Positions 19,099 to 28,609 of a DNA stretch of 64,000 bases are shown piece by piece; the first letter of the stretch is position 1; each line of letters begins with the position of its first letter. Source of the DNA: Bacteroidales bacterium (GTDB lineage Bacteria > Bacteroidota > Bacteroidia > Bacteroidales > UBA12077); NCBI GenBank assembly GCA_041686375.1, contig JAWLEB010000009.1:12424-76423 (forward strand). The letters run 5' to 3'. The notes beneath the pieces are model-generated. The model did no database searches and had not been told where the DNA came from. It saw only the letters and a program-made list of their open reading frames with translations. The translations under genes and the position numbers were made by a program.

Positions 19099-20430
19099 AT
19101 GACTGATGAATTTTTAAATTATAGTTCAAAACATCAGCTATTTAAACCCGAAGACAATATTCTTGTGGGTGTCAGTGGAGGAGTGGATTCAATGGTGATG
19201 CTGGATTTGTTTTTAAAAACTGGTACACAAATTGGTATTGCTCACGTGAATTTTAAATTACGGGGCAAAGAAGCCGATGAAGAACAGAAATTTGTTGAGA
19301 ATTATGCGAAGCAAAAGGGAATTGTATTTCATACTGTTGATTACAAGACGCATGAGTATGCTTCGGAGTATGGTTTATCGATACAGGTTGCAGCCCGAAA
19401 GCTTCGCTATCAGTGGTTTGATGATTTGATGAAAGAACATAATTATTCTTGTGTTGCCGTTGCTCATAATAAAAACGATGAGGTAGAAACTTTGTTAATT
19501 AATTTGGCCAGGGGGACAGGTATTCGGGGAATAACAGGAATTAAGTCAAAGAAAAACAATATCATTCGTCCATTACTTTTTGCTGAGCGCAAGGAAATTG
19601 AGGAATATGCTTTACAAAATAATATCCCATACCGTGAAGACTCTTCTAATTTATCTGTAAAGTACAGCAGAAACAGGATACGATATAATGTGATTCCTGA
19701 GCTTGAAGCGATTAACCCCCGGTTTATTCAGACTACTGCTGAAAACATTGAAAGATTCCAAAGTGCATGCAATATTTATGATTCGTGGATAGAGGAAATA
19801 AGAAAACGGATTGTCAATGAAGTAGATGAAAAGGTGAGTATAGATATTGATGCGCTGATGCATTATAAGGAGCAAAAAACTATTCTTTATGAAATTTTGA
19901 AAACTTATTCTTTTACCAAAGAATTAGCTGAAGAGATTCTTCAAGCTTTACAGGCAGAACCGGGGAAATGCTTTTACTCAAAATCTCATAAAGCAGTGAA
20001 AGATCGCCAATACCTAATTGTAGTGCCACTTCGATCTTTTGACACAAGAAGGTATTATATTGAGAGAGGAAAGGAGAAAATAGATTTTCCTGTCCAAATT
20101 ATACTCGAAGAAATCGATGGTGTGAGTAACTATAGTGTTCCACGGGACAAAAACATAGCGAGCCTGGATTATGATAAGCTGGTTTTTCCTTTAATAATCA
20201 GAAAGTGGCAGAAAGGAGATTTTTTTAAGCCTTTAGGTTTGAATCATTATAAAAAACTAAGTGATTTTTTTATTGACCGTAAATATTCTCTTCTTGATAA
20301 AGAGCGCGTCTGGCTTCTCACTTCCGGAGAAAAAATTGTATGGGTTATCGGCGATCGTATAGACGAGCATTTCAAGGTTGCCTCAAATACCCGGAAAATA
20401 TTAAAACTTACCTATTATCCTGCCGGTTAA
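19099..20430 (+). CDS. tilS: tRNA(Ile)-lysidine synthetase
   Basis: PP-loop VGVSGGVDS. About 440 aa with a TilS C-terminal domain. Confidence 0.85.
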   Translation: MTDEFLNYSSKHQLFKPEDNILVGVSGGVDSMVMLDLFLKTGTQIGIAHVNFKLRGKEADEEQKFVENYAKQKGIVFHTVDYKTHEYASEYGLSIQVAARKLRYQWFDDLMKEHNYSCVAVAHNKNDEVETLLINLARGTGIRGITGIKSKKNNIIRPLLFAERKEIEEYALQNNIPYREDSSNLSVKYSRNRIRYNVIPELEAINPRFIQTTAENIERFQSACNIYDSWIEEIRKRIVNEVDEKVSIDIDALMHYKEQKTILYEILKTYSFTKELAEEILQALQAEPGKCFYSKSHKAVKDRQYLIVVPLRSFDTRRYYIERGKEKIDFPVQIILEEIDGVSNYSVPRDKNIASLDYDKLVFPLIIRKWQKGDFFKPLGLNHYKKLSDFFIDRKYSLLDKERVWLLTSGEKIVWVIGDRIDEHFKVASNTRKILKLTYYPAG

Positions 20431-21422
20431 GATTCAAATACCCTTGGTGCTTTTTGTTCCAGCAGCATGAAATCCGTCAGGGCTATAGCTGTCACAGCTT
20501 CAATAATTACAGGAATTCTCAGAGCTATGCATAAATCGTGTCTTCCCTTTACTTCAAGATTTTCCAACTCATCTGTTTGCAGATTTATGGTTATTTGTTT
20601 TTTTGGTGTACTGGCTGTAGGTTTTACGGCTACCCTGAAAAAGATATCGTTGCCATTGGTAATACCGCCGTTTATGCCTCCGGCATGATTTGTTTTTGTT
20701 TTGCCGCTTGAATTGATTATAGGGTCATTATGTTCACTGCCTTTCATTTTAGCTGCATTAAAACCAGATCCAAATTCTATCCCTTTGATAGCCGGAATAG
20801 AATATACAAAGTGGCTTATCACTGATTCTACTGAATTAAAAAAAGGTTCCCCAAGGCCAACAGGTATGTTTTTTGCCCTGCATTCAATTATACCACCAAT
20901 AGTATCCTCATTTTGTATTGCTTTGTCTATTGCTTTGTCTATATCTTTCATTCCTCCGGCTTCGGCAAGTTTTGCATTAACAAAAACCGGGAAGATTATT
21001 TTTTTGGCAATAACACCGGCAGCAACTAACCCAAGGGTAACTCTGCCTGAGAAATGTCCTCCTCCCCGGAGGTCAGTAAAGCCTTTAAATTTTCTATGCG
21101 CGGTAAAATCAGCATGTCCCGGCCTGGGAAGCCGCTTAAATTCATTATAGTCATCCGACTGAATATTTTCATTGCGGAATAATATTGTGATTGGAGCACC
21201 TGTAGTATAGTTTTTATAAATACCGCTCACAAATTCCGGACGGTCATGTTCTTTTCTCGGGGTTGTGCCGATTTTACCACTTTGTCTTTTTACAAGATCT
21301 GTGTTAAATTCATTCTCACTAATTTTTATTCCGGCAGGACAGCCATCAATGGTAACACCAACATGTGAATTATGTGATTCACCAAAGATAGACATTTTGA
21401 ATATTTCGCCAATTGTATTCAT
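20427..21422 (-). CDS. aroC: chorismate synthase
   Basis: Motifs FGESHNSHVGVTIDGCPAG, RPGHAD, GRHD. Its stop codon overlaps the tilS stop in the TTAA at 20427-20430. Confidence 0.85.
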   Translation of the reverse strand: MNTIGEIFKMSIFGESHNSHVGVTIDGCPAGIKISENEFNTDLVKRQSGKIGTTPRKEHDRPEFVSGIYKNYTTGAPITILFRNENIQSDDYNEFKRLPRPGHADFTAHRKFKGFTDLRGGGHFSGRVTLGLVAAGVIAKKIIFPVFVNAKLAEAGGMKDIDKAIDKAIQNEDTIGGIIECRAKNIPVGLGEPFFNSVESVISHFVYSIPAIKGIEFGSGFNAAKMKGSEHNDPIINSSGKTKTNHAGGINGGITNGNDIFFRVAVKPTASTPKKQITINLQTDELENLEVKGRHDLCIALRIPVIIEAVTAIALTDFMLLEQKAPRVFES

Positions 21423-21456
21423 TTCATGATTTTTTTAGGGTGATAATGTTCAAAGT

Positions 21457-21492
21457 TAAAAAAAAGCAGCATCACTTTTGAATGCTGCTTTT
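21457..21492 (-). terminator. rho-independent terminator after the radical SAM gene
   Basis: AGCAGCAT (21465-21472) pairs with ATGCTGCT (21482-21489). A plus-strand A run at 21457-21464 gives the U tract on the minus strand. Confidence 0.7.
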
Positions 21493-21524
21493 AAATTAAG
21501 CTTTCTATTGATTATTGTTGTAGT

Positions 21525-22970
21525 CTATTTTGTTTCCATTGCTTCTCTTTTTTTCTTCAGATATTTTTTTTCCCAGATATCCTCTGTGAGGTCTTCTAAT
21601 TTGTTGTCATAGTTTACCAGTGTTTTATAGTAATTGTCATCTTGTAACGCTTCCACTGCTTCTTTGCTTTCTCCTTTTGCATCTTCTGTTAAGATGTTTT
21701 CTCTGAAGTTTGCGTAGTGATCCCTGATAGAGCATGGCATTAACCAGTTTCCCGGGTTGTGAGGATGGTCTCTTCCATAATCATTTATCCATTGTCTGCC
21801 GTTTTTCATGAAATCTGAGAACAATGCATCAATTAACGATTTACCATTTTCATAAATATCATAAACGTTATCTACATAATAAGGCACAAACACACATGGG
21901 GTAATATTTCCATTCCAGTCTATGTAGAAGTAACCGTTTTTACTTCCATATGCAATGCATCCATTAACAAGAACACCGCTGTTCCAGAAATCTGCTACGC
22001 AGTATTTTTTCTCTGTGATTAGATATTCCCACTTTTTGTAAAGTTCAACGCGTTTCTTGGGTGGAACCATTAGTTCGAATGCATGATTACTTCGTCCTAT
22101 CGGCATTAATTGAAACTGCCACATGTAGGTTGCACCCAGTTCGCTGAAATAGTAGTCATAAAATTCGTCATCCAGTAGTAGATCTGCATTTTTACTGGTT
22201 GCAGTAACTGAGATACCGAAAGGTACGCCGGCATTTCTCAGATTGTTAAATGCTTCCAATATTTTCTTATGAGTTCCTCTACCCCTGCGCTCATCAGTTT
22301 CCTGTTCAAAACCCTCTACAGAAATAGCGGGTGTTACATTTCCCATTTTTCCTAATCTGTCAGCTATTTGCTTATTGATTAATGTTCCGTTTGTATACAC
22401 AAGGAAGAATATGTCATCATACTTTTCAAATATATCCAGTAGAGTTTTACCTTCGCTTTTGTACATAAATGGTTCACCACCGCTTATGGTTATGAACCGG
22501 CTATGAAATTTGTTTCTGGTATCATCCACAATCTGGTCTACAATGTGATAGGGCAAGGTTGGAGTGGTTCTCGAACTTGATGAAGCATAACATCCGGTAC
22601 AATTTAAGTTGCATTTTTGTGTTGGTGATAGAACAATGAAGTTTGGCGGATAAATCCCATGCTGCTCTTTAAATTCTTCCAGCTTATCACTGTATTTTTG
22701 CCGGTATAGGAATGAATTTTCAACCAGCACATTGACAAGGTGTTTAAATACATTTTTTGAGAGGTAGCCATTTTCAACATTTCTTACCGCTGATTTTAGC
22801 ATCGAGTCCATGAAATGATATTTTTTTTCCTGGACTTCTTTTAGATTCCGCTCATCGTTTTTTACGATAGAATCGTACATATATTGATTCAGCTTGTGGA
22901 TAAGGTAATTTCTGGAAACCTTATTACTTACAAGCTCTTTTAATACATTAGTAAATATAAAATTTTTCAT
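21525..22970 (-). CDS. radical SAM protein with a Cys-containing C-terminal extension, function unknown
   Basis: CNLNCTGCY (CX3CX2C), GGEPF, and later cysteines (..NGCIAYG..ITPCVF..MPCSIRD). Confidence 0.6.
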   Translation of the reverse strand: MKNFIFTNVLKELVSNKVSRNYLIHKLNQYMYDSIVKNDERNLKEVQEKKYHFMDSMLKSAVRNVENGYLSKNVFKHLVNVLVENSFLYRQKYSDKLEEFKEQHGIYPPNFIVLSPTQKCNLNCTGCYASSSSRTTPTLPYHIVDQIVDDTRNKFHSRFITISGGEPFMYKSEGKTLLDIFEKYDDIFFLVYTNGTLINKQIADRLGKMGNVTPAISVEGFEQETDERRGRGTHKKILEAFNNLRNAGVPFGISVTATSKNADLLLDDEFYDYYFSELGATYMWQFQLMPIGRSNHAFELMVPPKKRVELYKKWEYLITEKKYCVADFWNSGVLVNGCIAYGSKNGYFYIDWNGNITPCVFVPYYVDNVYDIYENGKSLIDALFSDFMKNGRQWINDYGRDHPHNPGNWLMPCSIRDHYANFRENILTEDAKGESKEAVEALQDDNYYKTLVNYDNKLEDLTEDIWEKKYLKKKREAMETK

Positions 22971-23238
22971 AACTTACACCCCCTTATATTTTATTAATCA
23001 AATTTATGTGTTCTTTTTATTATTGTCAAGTATTTATTATGTTAAATACGCTATCAAAAAATGTTGATGCTTTTCTTTATTTTACGGTTTACCTGCAAAA
23101 ATATTATGTTAAACAGAATATTTAGAAAAGTTATAAATAAATTTTAATTGACTTAAGTGATGTTTTTTAGGCTGTTTATATGATTTTTATGAGATGTATA
23201 ACTTTGGTGTTTTGATAAAATTATAATTAAATATTATT

Positions 23239-23514
23239 ATGGTAACAGGGATTGTTTTACTTATAGTTGGGATAACCATTGGTTTTTTTATAACCAATAC
23301 TAAAATGATTCATTTGGTTGGAAAATTGATTGATATCACGATATTTATTTTGCTTTTTTTTCTTGGTATTTCAGTAGGTGTTAATGATAAAATCATATCA
23401 AACTTTGATAGTATAGGTTTGCAGGCATTCCTGGTTACGTTGGCTGCTACAGTTGGTAGTATTGCCGTTTCAGTTTTAGTGTATCATTTATTTTTTAAAA
23501 ATACGGATAAATGA
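23239..23514 (+). CDS. LysO-family (DUF340) membrane protein, small subunit
   Basis: 91-aa polytopic membrane protein overlapping the next DUF340-like ORF by 4 nt, the usual split arrangement. Confidence 0.55.
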   Translation: MVTGIVLLIVGITIGFFITNTKMIHLVGKLIDITIFILLFFLGISVGVNDKIISNFDSIGLQAFLVTLAATVGSIAVSVLVYHLFFKNTDK

Positions 23515-24110
23515 AAGGGACGCTGATTATATTACTGTTTTTTGTTGCAGGATTATTCTCAGGAATTCTGGATATTTTCCCCGAACAGCTTTCCGGAGAT
23601 GAGATGACTACCTATGTTTTATATGCTTTGTTGTTTTTTGTTGGAATAGGAGTGGGTTCCAATAAAAAAGCCTTATATATTCTTAAAACAGCAAACTGGA
23701 GGATACTTCTGATTCCTTTGTCTGTCATTGTAGGTACTTTTCTGGGAACTACGTTGTATACTCTTTTTGATCCTGCTTTAAGTTTCAGGGAGTGTTGGGC
23801 TGTTGGAGCCGGATATGGTTATTATAGTTTATCCAGCATCATAATTAAAGAAATGGCAGGCGAAACACTGGGAGTTATCGCTTTGTTATCAAACATTATC
23901 AGGGAAATTTTAACCTTGATTTTCACTCCTCTGCTGACAAAATATTTTGGTATTCTGGCACCCATCTCAGCTGGTGGGGCAACAAGCATGGATACCACCC
24001 TGCCAGTGATTACCCGTTATATCGGTATTGAATACGTTGCCTTTTCTGTATTCAGTGGATTAGTTCTTACATTATTAGTTCCGTTGATTGTTCCGATTAT
24101 TTTGTCTTAA
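23511..24110 (+). CDS. LysO-family (DUF340) lysine-exporter-like membrane protein, large subunit
   Basis: 199-aa polytopic membrane protein, translationally coupled to 23239..23514. Confidence 0.55.
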   Translation: MKGTLIILLFFVAGLFSGILDIFPEQLSGDEMTTYVLYALLFFVGIGVGSNKKALYILKTANWRILLIPLSVIVGTFLGTTLYTLFDPALSFRECWAVGAGYGYYSLSSIIIKEMAGETLGVIALLSNIIREILTLIFTPLLTKYFGILAPISAGGATSMDTTLPVITRYIGIEYVAFSVFSGLVLTLLVPLIVPIILS

Positions 24111-24222
24111 TACGGATTAACTCTTAACTGGTAATGAAAATTTTGCTAAATATTTAAGAAACTATTATTAACTTTAAGGCTTATTTTTTTATATTTCATA
24201 AAAACCAGTAAATCATAGTGTT

Positions 24223-25488
24223 ATGAATAAAAGATTGTCTGTTGATATACGTTCAGAAATTGGTGAATTGGAAGGAGTTATCCTTCATACACCAGGGAAT
24301 GAAGTTGAAAACATGACTCCAGAAAATGCGGAAAGAGCCCTGTATTCAGACATACTGAATTTATCGGTAGCGCAGCGTGAGTATGCTCAGTTTTCGGGTG
24401 TGATGCAGAAGCTCACGCGGACTTTTCAGGTACATGATTTGTTGGCTGATATACTTTCTACCGACAAGGTTAAGGAAACACTATTACAGAAAATATGCAG
24501 GTTTGAAGGACGAAAAGATATTTATGATCATATGTTGGAGCTTCCTCCGGAAAAAACAGCCAAATCACTGATTCAAGGTGTTATTGAAGTAAAAGATACT
24601 TTAACCAAATACTTGAGTAAGGAGCGTTATGCTTTAAGACCTCTGCATAATTTTTTCTTTACCCGTGACGCTGCTATGTCCGTACTGGATGATGTTTTGA
24701 TAGGAAGAATGGCTAATGATGTCAGAGAAAGAGAATCATTTATTATGGAGGCGATTTTTGATTACCATGATATTTTCAGAACTAAGACAGTTAATCCTCT
24801 GAATCAAAAACATATTGATTCTCAGACAACTATTGAAGGAGGCGATTTATTAGTTGCTCGGGATGATATCTTATGTATTGGTGATGGTTCGAGAACTACT
24901 TCTCATGGTATAGATTTTATTTTAGAGCAGTTGATACGACAAGGAGAGAAAGACCGCCATATTTTAGTTCAGGAATTACCTTATAAACCAGAGTCTTTTA
25001 TTCACCTGGATATGGTTTTCACGTTTCTGGATAAGAATGAATGCATGATATATGAGCCGCTTATTCTGCAAACCAACAGGTACCAGACAATACATATCCA
25101 CATTAAGAATGGTAAAGTTCATAAGATTAAAGAGGAAGAGAACTTGCTCAAGGCATTAACCCAACTGGGGATGGACCTAAAGCCTGTTATGTGTGGTGGA
25201 ACTAAAGATGCCTGGATTCAGGAAAGGGAACAGTGGCACAGCGGTGCAAACTTTTTTGCCATAGCTCCGGGGAAAGTTATTGGTTATGAAAGAAATTCAT
25301 ATACGCTTGAGGAGATGAATAAGAACGGATATGAAATCATAAATGCTCAGGATGTTATAAACAATAAAACGGATGTTTGTCAGTATAAAAAATATGTGAT
25401 TGCAGTAGAAGGTTCTGAATTGCCCAGAGGTGGAGGAGGAGCAAGGTGCATGAGTATGCCTGTTAGGCGAAAACAAGTAAAATTTTGA
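24223..25488 (+). CDS. arginine deiminase family (guanidino-group modifying) enzyme
   Basis: 421 aa. FFTRD, HLDMVF and the C-terminal catalytic Cys motif GGGGARCMSMPV. Confidence 0.65.
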   Translation: MNKRLSVDIRSEIGELEGVILHTPGNEVENMTPENAERALYSDILNLSVAQREYAQFSGVMQKLTRTFQVHDLLADILSTDKVKETLLQKICRFEGRKDIYDHMLELPPEKTAKSLIQGVIEVKDTLTKYLSKERYALRPLHNFFFTRDAAMSVLDDVLIGRMANDVRERESFIMEAIFDYHDIFRTKTVNPLNQKHIDSQTTIEGGDLLVARDDILCIGDGSRTTSHGIDFILEQLIRQGEKDRHILVQELPYKPESFIHLDMVFTFLDKNECMIYEPLILQTNRYQTIHIHIKNGKVHKIKEEENLLKALTQLGMDLKPVMCGGTKDAWIQEREQWHSGANFFAIAPGKVIGYERNSYTLEEMNKNGYEIINAQDVINNKTDVCQYKKYVIAVEGSELPRGGGGARCMSMPVRRKQVKF

Positions 25489-25594
25489 TTAAACATTTAT
25501 GGGTAGCATAGTGTTTAACGGATAAACGCGGATTTATTTATCAAAATTAATAATTGCCTTAAGATTCGTTTTGTAAATCATTTAAAATAAACAT

Positions 25595-25789
25595 ATGAAA
25601 AAGAATGTAGGAAAAACTGATACCATTATCCGGATTTTGTTAGCTGTTATTATTGGAGCTATCGGAGTGTATTATCAATCATGGTGGGGGCTTTTAGGTC
25701 TTATTCCACTGTTAACAGGAATATTTAAAGTTTGTCTTTTGTATTCTGTTTTTGGTATTAATACATGCCCGGTTGAATCCGGGAAGTGA
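25595..25789 (+). CDS. DUF2892 (YgaP-like) small membrane protein
   Basis: 64 aa, two TM helices. The N-terminal NVGKTDTIIRILLAV and ..CLLYSVFGINTC pattern is typical of DUF2892. Confidence 0.6.
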   Translation: MKKNVGKTDTIIRILLAVIIGAIGVYYQSWWGLLGLIPLLTGIFKVCLLYSVFGINTCPVESGK

Positions 25790-25794
25790 TCCTT

Positions 25795-25824
25795 GTGCAG
25801 AAATACCACCCGGTATTTCTGCAC
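25795..25824. terminator. bidirectional terminator hairpin between convergent genes
   Basis: GTGCAGAAATACC (25795-25807) pairs with GGTATTTCTGCAC (25812-25824), a perfect 13-bp stem with a 4-nt loop. Confidence 0.7.
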
Positions 25825-25828
25825 AATT

Positions 25829-26638
25829 TTATTTATACTGTAAGCATTTTTTCCAGTCTTCCTCAAAGTATTTCCTTATTTTGCTAAGTTCTGCATCAGG
25901 GATGAATTTTTTGTTTTTAAGAAGTTTTCCCGGTATCAGTAAAGCGATATTTAATATGATGTATCGAATGAATTTTTTATATAACCGGAGAAAAAAATTA
26001 ACTCCTGATTTACTGGCTGTGTTTGGTTCCCTGAAAATTCCCCTGCTGCTTATCCATCTGCGTATGATGAGCTGTTTTGTCGAATAGGAAACATGGGTGG
26101 GTTTCAGTGTCAAATCTTTAACAGAGACTTCCGTGCCTAAAAAATCCAGCAGGCTGCTTACAAATTCACCAGCGTCGTATTCTAGCTGGTGATGAAATAA
26201 AATGAGTGGTGAATTGTGAAAATTGTTTTCTATTGTCTGTATAAAAGGATATAACAATAGATGCTTAGTTTTCCACTCTCCTTTATCATTATCGACATCC
26301 AGAAAATTATTGATGCCATGTTGATAACCCTTTTTTACAGCCCTTTTATATTGTGAGGCAATCCATTTATCTTGTCTTCGCAGTACTAAGATAACTTTCG
26401 CATCAGGAAAGCGTTTTGAAATATTTTTTATTTCTGCTTCAAGTTTGTTGTTGCTTATTTCATTGGATATTAGATATTTATTCTTGTCGGTTTCAGAAAT
26501 TATCTTCTCATAATTGTCATATTCTCTCCGTTTGATGTGGTATATGTCTGGTAGATAAGGGAAAATTCTTTTCTGAAGAAATGTGGTCGCAGTTCTCTCT
26601 AAGCCAAGATGAAAGAAAATCTCTGTTTTTTTTGGCAT
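25829..26638 (-). CDS. sulfotransferase-like protein
   Basis: N-terminal PAPS-loop-like GLERTATTFLQ. The 269-aa size is typical. The call is weak. Confidence 0.4.
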   Translation of the reverse strand: MPKKTEIFFHLGLERTATTFLQKRIFPYLPDIYHIKRREYDNYEKIISETDKNKYLISNEISNNKLEAEIKNISKRFPDAKVILVLRRQDKWIASQYKRAVKKGYQHGINNFLDVDNDKGEWKTKHLLLYPFIQTIENNFHNSPLILFHHQLEYDAGEFVSSLLDFLGTEVSVKDLTLKPTHVSYSTKQLIIRRWISSRGIFREPNTASKSGVNFFLRLYKKFIRYIILNIALLIPGKLLKNKKFIPDAELSKIRKYFEEDWKKCLQYK

Positions 26639-26755
26639 ATATTTACTGATTGTTACAGTTTAATTTGAACATTCTTGATTGGTTACTACTTTATATGTGC
26701 ACTTGTTTGTTAGTGATCCTCAATTCACTTATAAAGCGTTAGCAATCTAATGTGA

Positions 26756-27943
26756 TCAGACCAGTTGTTTTACAATATCTGCTGCTTCTTTCAGCGTTAT
26801 CGCAGACTTAACTTTAAGTCCGGATTCATCTATTATTTTTTTGCCTTCTTCTGCATTTGTGCCTTGTAAGCGAACAATTACAGGAACATTGATTTCGCCT
26901 ACAGATTGGTAAGCATCTACTACTCCCTGGGCAACTCTGTCGCACCTTACTATCCCTCCGAAAATATTAATAAGGATTGCCTTCACATTGGAATCTTTTA
27001 AAATAATGCGAAATCCTGCTTCTACAGTTTCTGCATTCGCTGAACCTCCTACATCGAGAAAGTTAGCAGGGTGCCCGCCGGAAAGTTTTATTATATCCAT
27101 TGTTGCCATTGCAAGACCAGCGCCGTTTACCATACATCCTACATTACCATCTAATTTGATGAAATTAAGATTGTTTTCGTCCGCTTCCAGCTCTGCAGGA
27201 TCTTCCTCCGTTGTATCCCTTAATTCAGGATAATTTTTGTGTCTAAAAAGAGCATTGTCATCTAGATTAACTTTTGCATCGGCTGCCATTATTTTATTGT
27301 CCGAAGTTTTGAACAGGGGATTGATTTCTACCAGGGAGGCATCTGTAGCCAAATATGCACTGTATAATTTTATTACAAGCTTTACCATATTTTTAAAGGC
27401 ATCACCTGACAGTCCTAAGTTGAAGGCTATTCTTCGTGCCTGGAACGGCTGGATTCCTACTCCTGAATCTATGGTTTCTTTATGAATCAGATGGGGAGTT
27501 TTTTCAGCAACAGACTCTATATCAACACCACCCTCTGTTGAATACATAATAATATTTTTCCCTATATCCCTGTTAAGAAGTATGCTCATGTAAAATTCTT
27601 CGGGTTTTGATTCCCCTTCATAATATATTCCTTGTTCTATGAGTATTTTATAAACTTTTTTGCCTTCCTCACCGGTTTGTGGAGTGACTAAGTTCATTCC
27701 GAGGATATTTTCCGCGTGTGTTTTTACTTGGTCTAATGATTTAGCTATTTTTACTCCGCCTCCTTTTCCACGCCCACCTGCGTGGATCTGTGCTTTTACT
27801 GCCCATGTGTCTGTCCCTGTTTTTTTTTCAATAGTTTCTGCTGCTTGTACAGCATGCTCTGCAGTTTCAATCATTATTCCCTCCGGGGTTGGTACTCCAT
27901 TTTCTTTGAGTAGTTCTTTGGCTTGATATTCATGGATTTTCAT
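26756..27943 (-). CDS. sucC: succinyl-CoA synthetase beta subunit (ADP-forming)
   Basis: MKIHEYQAKELL.., an ATP-grasp domain and a CoA-ligase domain. 395 aa. Confidence 0.9.
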   Translation of the reverse strand: MKIHEYQAKELLKENGVPTPEGIMIETAEHAVQAAETIEKKTGTDTWAVKAQIHAGGRGKGGGVKIAKSLDQVKTHAENILGMNLVTPQTGEEGKKVYKILIEQGIYYEGESKPEEFYMSILLNRDIGKNIIMYSTEGGVDIESVAEKTPHLIHKETIDSGVGIQPFQARRIAFNLGLSGDAFKNMVKLVIKLYSAYLATDASLVEINPLFKTSDNKIMAADAKVNLDDNALFRHKNYPELRDTTEEDPAELEADENNLNFIKLDGNVGCMVNGAGLAMATMDIIKLSGGHPANFLDVGGSANAETVEAGFRIILKDSNVKAILINIFGGIVRCDRVAQGVVDAYQSVGEINVPVIVRLQGTNAEEGKKIIDESGLKVKSAITLKEAADIVKQLV

Positions 27944-28093
27944 AACGATGGGTTTTTAAGATCAATCTTTATTTGTTTCCACAAAATAGCGGAAAACCTT
28001 GTTGGATCGTTTTGCTTTTATTATTCGATACATGTAATTTTCAAAAATATAAAATTTCTTCTGAAAAATTTATTTAGAATAATTTTAAATTAA

Positions 28094-28143
28094 ATGTTAT
28101 TTTTATAACACTGTTAAAATATTAACAATTAATTTTATATTTG
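28094..28143 (+). promoter_or_regulatory. two abutting Rex-like operators plus a -7 box in the sucC / hydrogenase-1 divergent promoter region
   Basis: ATGTTA-TTTTTA-TAACAC (28094-28111) and CTGTTA-AAATAT-TAACAA (28111-28128) compare with the consensus TTGTTA-N6-TAACAA. TATATTTG (TAnnTTTG) is at 28136-28143. Confidence 0.5.
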
Positions 28144-28189
28144 CATAACAAAAAATAAAATCACAAGAAACAGTAAATAATCTAAAACC

Positions 28190-28588
28190 ATGGCAAAAAT
28201 CAAGTCGTTAGAAGACCTCAAAAAAAGGAAACAAGATCTGCAAAAGAAAGTAGATCTTAGAGAGCGTGCCGACCATTCTGAATCCTATGTTCAGATTAAG
28301 GTTGGGATGGCTACGAGTGGAATCGCTTCAGGAGCAAAAGAAATTCTGGATTTTCTTATCGATACTCTTGAAAAACGTAACATTGAAGCTATTGTCACAC
28401 AGGCTGGTGACATGGGATATAGCTTTGCAGAACCTACTATTGAAGTGACAAAACCGGGTGAAGAACCTGTGGTTTTTGGTTATGTTGATCGTGAAAGAGC
28501 TGATGAAATCATTGAAAAGTATATAAAACGAGGTGAGCTGGTCGACGGAATCATCCCACAAAATTACCGAACTATTGATGACGAATAA
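28190..28588 (+). CDS. thioredoxin-like [2Fe-2S] ferredoxin-fold protein with no cysteines
   Basis: 132 aa. It aligns with Trx-like Fd domains (VGMATSGIASGAKE...AGDMGYSFAEPTIEV), but Ser, Asp and Ser occupy the usual Cys positions. There are no Cys residues in the whole ORF. Confidence 0.6.
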   Translation: MAKIKSLEDLKKRKQDLQKKVDLRERADHSESYVQIKVGMATSGIASGAKEILDFLIDTLEKRNIEAIVTQAGDMGYSFAEPTIEVTKPGEEPVVFGYVDRERADEIIEKYIKRGELVDGIIPQNYRTIDDE

Positions 28589-28609
28589 AGACATAGGAGG
28601 AGTAATAAT

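Noticed and set aside
20427-20430. tilS and aroC stop codons overlapping in a TTAA palindrome (convergent genes).
   Set aside because: This is a tidy but common consequence of tight gene packing. Nothing suggests a regulatory role.
22971-23238. Possible lysine riboswitch upstream of the LysO-family genes. I also considered a preQ1 riboswitch upstream of queE (9083-9126) and an FMN riboswitch upstream of ribF (54023-54160).
   Set aside because: These regions are extremely AT-rich or too short. None shows the conserved G/C-rich helices or core motifs of those riboswitch classes.
25829-27943. sucC is not followed by sucD; a sulfotransferase-like gene follows instead.
   Set aside because: Separation of sucC and sucD occurs in several Bacteroidota lineages as far as I recall, and sucC looks intact. 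I do not treat this as anomalous without the whole genome.
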